Below, piece by piece: positions 49,334-61,884 of a stretch of 64,000 nucleotides of DNA. Position 1 is the first letter of the stretch. Each line of letters starts with the position of its first letter. Source of the stretch: Raja brachyura (Eukaryota). A program made the position numbers and the translations under genes. A model generated the notes under the pieces. It saw only the letters and a list, made by a program, of their open reading frames with translations. It searched no databases and was not told where the DNA came from. Location of the stretch: NCBI GenBank assembly GCA_963514005.1, contig OY740801.1, positions 23,560,001-23,624,000 on the forward strand, read 5' to 3'.

Positions 49334-49734
49334 AAATATGGGTGGCATGGTTAGTATGGTTGCAGATGACAGTTGATAGTGGACAGTGAAGAAGGTTATC
49401 TACAATTACAATGGGATCTTGATCAACTGAGCAATGGGCTGGGGAATGGCAGATTCAGGTAAATACAAGTTTCATTTTGATAGAACAAACCAGAGCAGAA
49501 CTTACTCATTAAATAATAGGCCCTGAAGAGTGTTGCAGAACAAAGAAACATGAGTACATAGTTCCATAAAAGCAGGTGACACAGGTGGAAAGGGTGGTGA
49601 AGAGGGCTTTTAACATGCTTGACTTCTTTGGTCAGGGTGTGAGTACAGGAGTTAGGATGTCATGTTGCAGCTGTATTTGGTAAGGCCACATCTGGCAAGC
49701 TGTGCACAGTTCTGGTTGCCCTGCCATAAGAAGG

Positions 49735-51572
49735 GGGATGGGAGCATGAGCAGAGAGACAGAGGGGTGTAAAATGAGGGTAGAAGTAATAGGTAGCAAGG
49801 TGAAAAGTAAAAGTGGCAGGCAGAAAAATCCAGGGCAAAAATCAAAAAGGGCCACTTTTCAACATAATTGTATAAGGGACAAGAGTGTTGTAAAAACAAG
49901 CCTGAAGGCTTTGTGTCTCAATGCAAGGAGCATTCGTAATAAGATAGATTAGTTGAATGTGCAGATAGTTATTAATGAATATGATATAGTTGGGATCACA
50001 GAGACATGGCTCCAGGGTGACCAAGGCAGGGATATACAATATTCAGGAGGGATAGACAGAAAGGAAAGGGGATGGAGTAGCATTGCTGGTTAGAGAGGAG
50101 ATTAACGCAATAGAAAGGACGGACATTAGCTTGGAGGATGTGAAATCGATATGGGTAGAGCTGCGAAACACTAAGGGGCAGAAAACGCTAGTGGGAGTTG
50201 TGTACAGGCCACCTAACAGTAGTAGTGGAGTTGGGGATGGCATCAAACATGAAAAAAGAAATAACTTTGTGGGTATGGGATGTGAATTGGCCAAGTGATT
50301 TAAGTGATTCTTAAAGGGTTGACGGTGGATATGCAATGGAAGGCATTTAAAGACTGCATGGATGAACTACAACAATTGTTCATCCCAGTTTGGCAAAAGA
50401 ATAAATCAGGGAAGAGGGAGAGAGAAAACTGGGAATTACAGACGAGTTAGTCTAACATCGGTAGTGGGGAAAATGCTAGAGTCAGTTATTAAAGATGGGA
50501 TTGCAGCACATTTGGAAAGTGGTGAAATCATTGGACAAAGTCAGCATGGATTTATGAAAGGTAAATCATGTCTGACGAATCTTATAGAATTTTTCGAGGA
50601 TGTAACTAGTAGAGTGGATAAGGGAGATCCAGTGGATGTGTTATATCTGGACTTTCAGAAGGCTTTCGAAAAAGTCCCACATAAGAGATTAGTATACAAA
50701 CTTAAAGCACACGGTATTGGGGGTTCAGTGTTGATGTGGATAGAGAACTGGCTGGCAGACAGGAACAAAGAGTAGGAGTAAACGGGTCCTTTTCAGAATG
50801 GCAGGCAGTGACTAGTGGGGTACCGCAGGCTCAGTGCTGGGACCCCAGCTATTTACAATATATATTAATGATCTGGATGAGGGAATTGAATGCAACATCT
50901 CCAAGTTTGCGGATGACATGAAGCTGGGGGGCAGTGTTAGCTGTGAGGAGGATGCTAGGAGGCTGCAAGGTGACTTGGATAGGTTGGGTGAGTGGGCAAA
51001 TGCATGGCAGGTGCAGTATATTGTGGATAAATGTGAGGTTATCCAATTTGGTGCCAAAAACAGGAAAGTAGACTATTATCTGAATGGTGGCCGATTAGGA
51101 AAAGTGGAGATGCAACGAGACCTGGGTGTCATGGTACACCAGTCATTAAAAGTAGGCATGCAGGTGCAGCAGGCAATGAAGAAAGCGAATGGTATGTTAG
51201 CATTCATAGCAAAAGGATTTGAGTATAAGAGCAGGGCGGTTCTACTGCAGTTGTACAGGGTCTTGGTGAGGTCACACCTGGAGTATTGCGTACAGTTTTG
51301 GTGTCCAAATCTGAGGAAAGACATTCTTGCCATAGAGTGAGTACAGAGAAGGTTCACCAAACTGATTCCTGCCACAGAAGGTAGTTGAGGCCAGTTCATT
51401 GGCTATATTTAAGAGGGAGTTAGATGTGGCTCTTGTGGCTAAAGGGATCGGGGGGTATGGAGAGAAGGCAGGTACAGGATACTGAGTTGGATGATCAGCC
51501 ATGATCATATTGAATGGCAGTGCAGGCTCAAAGGGCCGAATGGCCTACACCTGCACCTATTTTCTATGTTTC
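49735..51572 (+). mobile_element. Younger CR1 with several internal deletions and an 8-bp TSD
   Basis: LCLNARSIRNK, VYRPPN, KFADD, HLEYCVQF; TAAGAAGG at 49727-49734 and 51573-51580. Confidence 0.9.
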
Positions 51573-54500
51573 TAAGAAGGATGTCATTCAACTGGAAAGG
51601 GTGCAAAAAAGATTTACAAGGATGTTACCAGGCCTGGAGGGAAATGGTGGAAGCAGAATGATTTAAAAGATACTTAGACAGGTATGTGAATAGGCAACGT
51701 TTTGTGGGATATGGAGTTGGCATAGGCTTGTGATTAGCTTGACTAAGCAACTTGGTTGGCATGGACAAGGTGGGCCGAAGAGCCTGTTGCAATGCTGCAT
51801 AGCTCCATGGATCCATTGGTCATGCATTAAGTTCATTTTGATTTATGCACCTTAATTACAAAATATCAGAGCCTATTTTTACTTGTAATCACTGACACTA
51901 ATAATATGTTTCTTCGATGATCATCCTTAAGGCTTTGCGTTGTTTACTTTATTTTCCTTAAATCGGATTCTCTATTTTATCTCTCTACATCCCAACAAAG
52001 TGAGCTGACAGGTCCAAAGCTCTATTATAAAACCATTCTAAACTCTAGAGTATTTGAGTCAGCCTTGGGAGATATGCAGACCAGCACCAGCCAGATCACC
52101 ACCATGTGGAAAATGCTTTCCCCTCTATTGATCCTCAAGGTGAGGACTGGCTGCCGTGAAACAAAATCTATCAATGTCATTTCAACTCATCTTCTAGCAA
52201 TGATTTCTGTTCCTCTCGAAAGTTAAAGTCCCTTTAGCAGATTCCAGGACAATCAATTCTTGAGATAAATGCTTCTCCAAGCTTTACTGGAAAGTTCCCC
52301 GGGGAGGCTATTTGATTAACCTACTTCCATGGGGAAATATGTCAGTAATCAGCAATTTGTCTCAACCATGTCCGATTATTCAACAATGGGAATCTGTTCA
52401 CGGTTGGAATTTTGGCGAGCATTTGAACAAGAGACTTCAGAATGTTTCTAGATAGACAGGCTTTTACTTGAAACAACTTTCAGAATTTGACCTTTAAAAG
52501 CATTATAAATCAGATGACAACAAACAGAATGCATCTGACACCCACAGATAGAGATGAGTGCACCTGATGGTAAAATGGAGATCAAACTATGTAACTGAGA
52601 TTATCGACATTAATAACCTAGCAAATCAGTCATAGACAGAAGAGATACATTGTTACTGATCAAACATCTTGAGTGTCAGCAACTGATACTCCAAAAAGAT
52701 TTGACTAAGTTTTATATGAAAAGTTATTAATCAGTGAGAGAGAATTGTGGAGATTTAGCTGAGGTTCACATCCAAACATTCCAATGGAAGGTTATTGACC
52801 TGAAATGTTGAATGTTTCTCTTTCTGCGCAGCATTTCCAGCATGTCCTGTTTTTTATTTCTGATTGAAGAAGGGTCCTGACCCCAAATGCCATCTGTCCA
52901 TTTCCCTCCACAGATGCTGCCGGACCTCCTGAGTTCCTCCAGCATAGTTTTTTTGCAAAAGCAGACTTTCCTTGCAAATTATAGAAATCTGCCTGTAAAT
53001 ATGCAAATATGTGCATGTTTGAGAACCAACTGAGTTAAAAAAGTATTTATGAAAGAGTCTGAATAAGGATCCTGAGCTGAAAAATCATCTGTGAATTTAA
53101 GAAGGAACATTGCCTCCCCAGAGGCTGTCTGACCCGCTGAGTTCCTCCAGTACTTTGCTGCTCAAGATGCCAGCAATTGCTGTTGTTTTGTCTCTTATCT
53201 TTATGAAACTGTTTAAAATTATAATACTCTAATTTTGAAACCTCAAAAAAATATAGGTCCATCAATTTGAAATGTGATCCTACCAAGAAAACTGAAAACA
53301 AAATTAAACCAGTGAATATGAAGATTATTCAATAATGTTAAATGTCAGAACTAAAGTATTATCCAGTCATACTGGACTTCAGTTAATATGCGATCAGGTT
53401 ACAAAGGTTGTACGTTTTATTATAATGAAAGTTAACTGGTGGAGAGATACCAATAGTTGAGTATTGCATCATTAGACTGCTAATGGTGGTAATAGATTGT
53501 TTTATGAAATAATCATTCCATATATATTAAAATATTGATCATAGCAAAATTGCATTGCTTTAATTGAGATGGTGAAGCATGTTATAAAAGCTGCTGGTGG
53601 TGACATACAAATATTTGTAATGGGCTATTTGATCATTTCCTGTTGAAAATCCTGATTAATACAAATGTGCTGTTTTTAAATCAAAGTGAGTTCACAGTTT
53701 TAAATTTACCAACATTATAACCATCATCATTTAATGTGTTTCCTTACCTTTTTCCTTCTTTCATATATTCTTTTTTCAACCATTTTCATTATTTTTCTTG
53801 TGCTTAACTTTACTGTCAAAATACATTTCTTGACATGGTTCAAAATTAACTGGGGTTTCTACCTCGACCTGATGCACTAAAGTGACTGCTCTGGGTAGAG
53901 AACTGTGGCTTACAGAACTGTGGCTCACCTGAACCATTTACAGATATCCTCTAACGACTGGTTGTTTTACTGACAGCTTTACAACAGACTTGGTATTGAG
54001 CAAAATAGATTTACCAGAATCCATTAGTGGCGAAAGAGAGACTGGGCAAGGTGTCATGGAAAGAAAGGGAATCAGCCAGAGATTTTGTTTCTTTAATATC
54101 CATTGACCCATGCTGGAAGTGTATATTCAATGAAAATGGGGAAATAACTGGATTGTGGTTTATCCGGGATGTCTTTTTGATAGCTTTTATGGACAGCAGG
54201 GAATGGGGAATAAGAACAAGACGTGTAGATGCCTTTGCACTTACATTTATTTTGCCATTTTAAGTTTGATTAAAATGGTAAATTTGATTACCTTTGCCTT
54301 GTCTTGACATTGAACCAAGGTTGCCAGTCAGCAATCAGGATTGGAAACTGAAACTGATTTAGACATGAAGAGAATTGTAATCAATAATAAAGTCAGTATG
54401 GAAGACTTTTTCCTGATCACCACAGCCTGTGCGAAGAAATCCTAATCTTATTTTTGATATAATGCAAGCATAATTTCAATATTGTTTATAGTTTAATTCC

Positions 54501-54654
54501 AATATCAAATAGAAAACATTAAACAAATAACTTCTGTACTTCCTGCCGTTCCTGTCACATTATTTTGCATTCTTGTTCACAACTGTATAATATAAGCGAG
54601 TACTGGATAAATGACTGTCTATTGGAAAGGTCTGTTCCTCTTATAACACATCCT

Positions 54655-57600
54655 TAAGTTAGGCCACATTTGGAGTATTATCTGCAGTTCTAGCTGTCCT
54701 ATTACATGAAGGATGCAGAGGCTTTGGAGAGGGTGCAGAAGGTGTTTACCAAAATGCTGGCTGGTTTAGAAGGTATTAGCTGGAAGGAAAAGTTGCTTTT
54801 TCTCTGGAGCATCAGAGATTGTAGGAATACCTGATAGGAGTATATAGGATTATATAAAATGATGAGAGGCATAGATAGGATAGACAGTCAGAACCTTTTT
54901 CCCAGGATGGAAATGTCAATGACTAGAGGACATAGCTTTAAAGTGAGAGGGGAGAAGTTTAAAGAAGTACAGGGTACGTTTTTTTACACAGAGAGTGGTG
55001 GGTATTCAGTATTCAGTATTTACTTTAATGTCATTTTAACTGAGTACCTACATACACAGAAGAAATGAAAATTTGTTTCTCAATCAGTTCCCATCAGTGC
55101 AGTTAATAAAAACAGAATAAATACATACAACTTAAAAACATTAAAATGAACATATCTAAAAGTAGGCCTAAAATTTGAACTAAAAACAGACATTCAGACC
55201 GAACGGTAGCATGCTTTGGCAGGTGAGTAGCTGTCAAAGTATGGGCGAGGTTAGATGATTTGGGGTGTGATGTATGGGGAGGGGACACAGTCCGTTAACC
55301 AGTCTTATTGCCTGTGGGAAGAGGCTGTGTAGCATCCTGCTGGTTTTGCAACTGATGCTCCTGTACCTCTTCCCTGATGGCAGAATGGAGAAGATGTTAC
55401 GTGATGGATGATGTGGGTCCTTAATAATGGAGATGGCTTTACGGATGCTACGCTTCTGATAGATCTCCAACAGGAAAGGGAGTGGAGCACCGATGATCCT
55501 ACTGGCTGTCTGCACTATCCTGTTAAGTTGTTTTTCTTCATAAGCCTTGCAGCTCCCAAACCAGGAAGTGATGCCGTGGGTCAATATGCTCTCGATGGTG
55601 CCCCTGTAGAAGGTCGTTAGGTGAACAGTAGGGAGACCTGCTTTTCTTAGTCTCAGGAGAGGGTGGAGCCGCTACTGTGCTCTTTTGATGACTGCTGTGG
55701 TGTTGGTCGTAGAGGTCAGATCATCCGCCAGGTGAAGTCCCAAGAACTTCACACTGCTGACCCTCTCCACAGCAGCACCATCAATATGCAGCGGTGTGTG
55801 ATGGTGTTTTCCAGCCCTCCTGAAATCGATCACCATCTCCTTTGTTTTTTCCGCGTTGAGGATGCGATTATGAGATCTGCACCACTCTGTAAGCAGCTCC
55901 ACCTCCATCCTGTATGCCGACTCATTGTTGTCACTGATGAGACCTACCACTGTTGTATCATCAGCGAACTTGTTGATGTAATTATTGCTGAATCTGGCAG
56001 TACAGTCGTGAATAAGCAGACTGAACAGCAGGGGGCTTAGGAAACAGCCTTGGGGTGAGCCAGTGCTGACTGCGATGGTTCTTAATGTCCAACTGCCCAC
56101 CTTGACTGTCAGCCGCTGCATCAGAAAATTAAGGACCCAGTTACAAATGCCAGTGTCCACCTTCAACAGCTTCAGTTTTTCCTCCAGCTGCTGTGGGATG
56201 ATTGTGTTAAAAGCCGAGCTGAAGTCTATGAAGAGGATCCTGGCATAGATGTTCTTCCGGTCAAGATGTGATAGTGCGAGGTTAAGTGTTGTGGAGACTG
56301 CGTCCTCTGTGGACCGGTTGGCTCTGTAAGCGAACTGCAGTGGGTCCAGGTTGGCAGGGAGACAGTTTTTGATGTGCTGCATGACTGGCCGCTCAAAACA
56401 CTTCATTTATATGGGTGTGAGAGCCACTGGACGAAAGTCATTGAGACAGGCTGAGTTGGGCTTCTTTGGGACGGGAATGATGATGGCACTTTTGAGGCAG
56501 TTGGGCACCACTGCCTGGCTGAGTGAGATGTTAAAAATGTCAGCAAAGACATCTTTTAGTTGCTCTGCGCAGTCCTTTAAAACGTGTCCAGGGATGTTGT
56601 CCGGCCCTGCAGCTTTGCGTGGATCGACGCTGGCCAAGGCCTTTTTAACTCCGGCTGTGGACAGCCTGAGTGACTGGTCGCTGGGTGATGGCAGGAGTGC
56701 TTGTATCTGGGTGGTATTTTTTGCCTCAAAACGTGCGTAGAACTCATTTAGTTCGTCTGGTAGAGAGGGGTCATTTGGGCATATCCGCAGTGGGGGGGGG
56801 GGGGGGCTTGTAGTCAGTGATGGTATGGAATCCCTGCCACAAGCGACGTGTGTCTTTGTCGTCTGCGGAGTGGCTGTTTTGTTTTTGTACATACCGCCTC
56901 TTCTCTTCCCTGATCCCCCGGGACAGGTTACTCCGTGCCAATTTGTATGCTGCATTGTCCCCAGATTTGAATGCAGCATTCCAGACTCTCAGTAAAGAAC
57001 AAACTTCCCCAGTTAGCCAAGGTTTCTGATTGGCACGGTTTTAACCACATTCACATCATCAATACATTTCTTAATGTATCCGATGATGGACTCTGTATAT
57101 TCTTGGAGGTCAGTGCCGCTGTCAAATGTTGCTGCCTCTCTGAAGATGGCCCACTGTGTGGTTTCAAAGCAGTCTTGCAACGCTGCGGTAGCTCCCTGCG
57201 GCCATTTTCTGACTTCTCTGACCATTGGCCTGTCCTGTTTCACCCTAGGTCTGTATGCAGGTGTGAGCATAACCGTCAGCTGGTCAGAGTTGCCAAAATG
57301 GGGGAGGGGGGCTGCTCTATATGAATCTTTGATGTTTGTGTACACCAGGTTGCAATATTCACATGCTGGTAGAATTTAGGCAGAACAGATGCAAGACTTG
57401 CCTGGTTGAAATCCCCAGCTACCATGAAGAAAGCATCGGGATGTTCCTCTGCTGCTCACCGATATTGTGGTAGAGCTCGGTCATAGCGTCCTTCACGTCC
57501 GCACTCGGTGGTACATAGACGGCCGTTATGAGGACTGCCGTCAGCTCCCTCGGTAAGTAGAAGGGTCGGCATTTCACAGCCATTAGCTCTACGTGGGGTG

Positions 57601-58425
57601 AGCAGTAAGTGGAAACCACCACGGCATCCTGATACCACGATCTGTTAACATACACAGCCAGGCCGCCTCCCCTTGACTTGCCGGCTAGCGAAGCTACTCT
57701 GTCAGCTCTGTGTAGCATTAGCCCCTCCAGCTGGATCGCCGCGTCCATGATGTTCTGGTTCAGCCAGGTCTCCGTAAGGACGTAGACACAGCAGTTCCTC
57801 ACGCTCCGTTGAGAGGCTCTCCACACTCTGATATAGTCCATCTTGTTGTCGGGGGAGCGGACATTTGCCAGCATCAGTGTAGGCACTGCTGGTTTGTATG
57901 GATAAGCAATTAGCCTAGCGTAGACTCCTCTGCGCTTCCCCCGCTTCCGCATCCTGCTACACCGCTTACGATGATTCCTCACCAGTGTTGCTCCGGGTGC
58001 ATACAACGCAGAAGTCCAAGCTCTCCTAATACGCTCAGTAAGTGTTTGTTGTAAGCTTGTTGCGAGTGTCCAACAGAAACTGCCGCTCATACTGTCGCAC
58101 ATACATACACTCTCCTTCCACACATCTTGCACTCACACCACTCGCTCCAATAACGCACGAAAGCACTGAATTTTCACTGAGAGAGGCCGCCGCAAACAAC
58201 AGTCGCGCAGCCATCTTGTCAACCACAGAATTACAGTACAGAAGTATCTGGAATGCACTGCCAGGGGTGTTGGAGGAAGCAGATACAATAATAGCTTTTT
58301 AGAGGGCTATAGATGGGCACATGGATATGCAGGGAATAGAGGGATGTGGATCACATGCAGGCTGAGAAGAATAATTTGGCATCATGTGTGGCCCAGACGT
58401 TATGGCTGGAAGGGCCTGTTTGGAT
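54655..58425 (+). mobile_element. Old CR1 3' fragment split by the Rex1 insertion
   Basis: ...ACACAGAGAGTGGTGGG (to ~55002) resumes as TATCTGGAATGCACTGCCAGGG at ~58245. Confidence 0.75.
55004..58228 (-). mobile_element. Rex1/Babar LINE, near full length, decayed (APE and RT)
   Basis: [73 protein letters not shown]; (ACTGAAT)n tail at ~55004-55018. Confidence 0.92.
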
Positions 58426-58771
58426 ACACAAAAATGGGTCTCCTTGCTTATTGTGTTGTGTGGTTGAATATACATTCCACCATATTACACATGTATATTT
58501 CTATTTTGGAAAACCAAAGTCAACTTCATTCTTTTACACTGCAATAATCCATCCTTATTTCTCAGTGCAAGAGTATTTTCATGCTCTGTGGCCGAGGTGC
58601 AAGAGTAATTCCATCTGCAGAGTTTGCAACTTCTCGTCCTGTTGTGGCTGTGGGGGAATTCCGTCAGTGCTGCAGAACATGCTCATGCTCCACCAACAAG
58701 GCACCTATTGGCATCTCATGCCATCACAGCATTTTGGTGGGTTCCACCCTGTTTATACAGATAAGATAGTT

Positions 58772-58825
58772 GGGGTGGAAGATTACAACCTTCACGTGGT
58801 CCGCCCTGTTTCGACGAATGCAATT
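58772..58825 (+). ncRNA. Predicted HDV/CPEB3-like self-cleaving ribozyme (minimal P4)
   Basis: P1 GGGGUGG/CCGCCCU, P2 GAUUACA/UGCAAUU, P3 ACC/GGU, L3 UUCACGU, J4/2 CGAA (catalytic C at 58815); folded by eye. Confidence 0.8.
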
Positions 58826-58911
58826 AACCCGGCATGCACAATCAAATAAGATCAAATAGAACAAGTTGTCCTACAACTTTAGGCTGTGCACGCCATACGC
58901 AAGAAGAGAAG
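58772..58911 (+). mobile_element. ~140-bp SINE-like element with (GAA)n tail, copy 1
   Basis: TSD AAGATAGTT at 58763-58771 and 58912-58920; highly similar to the reverse complement of 61641-61791. Confidence 0.9.
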
Positions 58912-61640
58912 AAGATAGTTCATTGTGTTATCCTATATTACAGAAGTACAATTATTGGAGAGGTGGATCATTGTGTATTATAACAGTTCATTGATATATT
59001 GAAGAGTTCTAAACTGATTTCACTACATTGGGAAACAACAACTCTTACCTCAAACAATATGACATATCACCAGAGTTGAGATATTGAGCCTTATTCCAAT
59101 TATCTAGTAAACTATATCCTTATTACAAATTATTGATATAGCGATAACCAATTAGATAGTTCAAACTTCTTTCAACAAACAACATTCCAAAAATAGTGCA
59201 CGGAATAGTCCTATCTCTGATGTAGTTTACTCTAATATTTCTTCCGTTGAAGAGCTCTGAAACACATATCACCTATCTGCTACAAAGGATCTTAAGTTCT
59301 GAGACTGCTGAGTGTTTCCAGCAATTTCTGTTTTTATTTCAAATTTCCAACATCTGTATTTTAACTTTGTCCCCAGCACCCATCTGCGCACACAATATAT
59401 TATGCTGAGGCAGCATTGGATCGCCATTATCCAATATGAAGAGTATTAATATATGAAGAAATTCCATTTTTGATGCACAGTTCTCTGCACAATTGCCGTA
59501 CTGGTGCTAAGTATCCCACAGTCAAGCACAGATATGTCCATTGGCATGAGTGCTGTGAGTCACTGATACAGAGCAGGCTTTTGATACTGTGAAGCACCAT
59601 TCTCTCTGACTGAAAGAGTCCGGGGATCAGTTCAGGCAAGCCCCTCTAAATCACACGTAATGATTCTCTGTAATGGTGTGGTGGAACACTGTGAACTTGA
59701 TCCGAGCCACTTTAAGGTAGCTACAAAGCTCTCTTTTCATCACACCCTGACGTCAGCCCATCCTTCAAACCACCATATCTACCATTCCATGTCAAATTGT
59801 CTCCCCCTCCATCATTATCACACCTGACCTGACTGTTCACACTACTGACCAGTGAACACTTGTTCCCAGTATCTCCAACCACCAAACCTCCCTTCCGCTA
59901 ACTGCTACTTGCATTCCCAGATTACCAATTTTATACAGCTGACTACAAAATCATCCCCTTATTGCCAGCTTCCTTTCCATCAACCTTGACTACTAAATTA
60001 ATTACCAAGGTCTAATCCTTGCCCCTTGTTTACTAAAACCTACCAGGCCTGACTTACCCCCTCACTAACATGGAATATACCTTCTACAAAACTATCAATC
60101 CAACGTGCAATAAAATCCTTTCTGGTTTCCATACCATTTATCCATGCTGAATCTACCTGCATCATAGGCAGAGAGAACCAGGCCTGTCACTGGCACACAA
60201 TATCTGTGTCCTCGTGAAAAACTATATTTCCCAGCAACAGGCTAGGAAATAAAACCTTCAAGGGCATGCCTTGAACCATCTGACTGATGTACCAATCAAG
60301 TTCCAGTCCACTGAGTCCTAATGGGACACATTATATGCTTCATTGCTATGATATTGGAATCAAGCATTAATTCATTGGTGTTCAATATTACAGTTATTGA
60401 TATGCCCCATCTCATTTTGTAACATTTGACAAGTGACTCCCTATTATTATGCTTCAGTCCGAATATTGCTGCTTGGTGTATAGAATAATGATTCTCTGTT
60501 ATGGCATGGAAGAGTATAATGCATCATTAAAATCCTCAATAAATGCAACTTGGCTGAGCAACTGGAGCCTTCAGAGGGAACTCCAGAGGTTAATAAAACT
60601 GCCAATGAAATGTTTCCCCCATTTGAGTACAATGTCTTGAGACCTTGCCTGAGTTCCAGAATCTCCAGGCTGTTGGAACAACCATTCAGCATCTACCCGT
60701 TAATACCACTGGGAATGTTGTATTCTTCAAGGACTTCATCTCTCTTTCTACCAAACTGCATTGGGTATAGGCCCAATCTTAGTCTGGAACAAGCTCCTCA
60801 TTCCACGAATCTATCAAATGAATGTTCACTACAGAATCCTGAGCTCGTCTATCACTACTTAAGTACTAAGACCGAAACAGTTCCATACACCAAAGGAAAT
60901 CACAGTACAATATCAACAATCCCTTGTGAAAAGGCCATTTGCGTTCTGAATTACTCGCAGTATCTACACGTTTACTTTGTTCATGAAGAATAATCTGTGC
61001 ATTCTGTGCATTAGCATTGACTATTGGTTTCTTCCCAACAAAAAAACCCCAATTACCTAGATATTTAATTGTGTAACCCATTTTCACTCACATGCCCTTT
61101 AACTCCAACTGATTCTCCTACCATCTACTCTAGAGGTAATTTAACCAGACAGCACATGTTTGGGGTATGGTAGGAAATTGGAACATTGGGGAGAATCCCA
61201 TAGTGAAATACCTATACTCCATATAGGCAACACCAGAGCTGAAGGTTGAACCTGGGTCGCTGGGTAAGAGACAGATTTAATCTCTTGTATTGATAGCCAT
61301 TCAGCATATTGACTTCATACGAGTAACAACAGGCTTTAATCCTACCGTCCATTCTTTATCTGTAACTTTCCAAATAATGGTTGCTCACGTGATATTTGGA
61401 GCAAGTGGGTAACTGGGGAAAGGGTAGTTCCACTCAAAGACAAGGGAGGGAGTTTATGTGTAGAGCCAGAGGAAGTGGACAAGGTTTATATTGAGCACTT
61501 TGCATTTGGTAGTCGCCAGGGAGAAGGACAAGGATGATGGTGAGATTTGGGAGCGGTGTGTTGATATTTTACGGCAAGTTGATATTAAGAAGGAGGAGGT
61601 TCATTAGTTCATATTTGAATATTTGGATGGAGAAGTAGCT

Positions 61641-61791
61641 TGTTGTTCTTCTTCTTCTTCTTGCGTATGGCGTGCACCGCCTAAAGTTGTCGGACAACTT
61701 GTTCTATTTGATCTTATTTGATTGTGCATGCCGGGTTGTTTGCATTTGTCGAAACAGGGCGGACCATGTGAAGGTTGCAATCTCCCACCCC
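61641..61791 (-). mobile_element. SINE-like element with (GAA)n tail, copy 2
   Basis: TSD GAGAAGTAG(CT) at 61630-61640 and 61792-61802; same sequence family as 58772-58911. Confidence 0.9.
61738..61791 (-). ncRNA. Predicted HDV/CPEB3-like ribozyme, copy 2
   Basis: GGGGUGG GA GAUUGCA ACC UUCACAU GGU CCGCCCU GU UUCGA CAAA UGCAAAC; two CpG-type G>A changes relative to copy 1. Confidence 0.72.
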
Positions 61792-61860
61792 GAGAAGTAG
61801 CTGTTGAAGTTTAATCCAGACATGTGTGAGCTGTTGTCTATTGGAGGGTTAAATACAAGA

Positions 61861-61884
61861 GGGTTAGGGTTAGGGTTAGGGTTA
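61861..61884 (+). repeat. Interstitial telomeric repeat (GGGTTA)4
   Basis: GGGTTAGGGTTAGGGTTAGGGTTA. Confidence 0.95.

Larger units (their letters stand above)
48020..51810 (+). mobile_element. Old CR1 host fragment carrying three nested insertions
   Basis: Collinear CR1 pieces at ~48020-48160, 48454-48607, 49335-49734 and 51581-51810. Confidence 0.7.

Noticed and set aside
61861-61884. Chromosome end or fusion site
   Set aside because: Only four repeats, in one orientation, enclosed by a LINE TSD.
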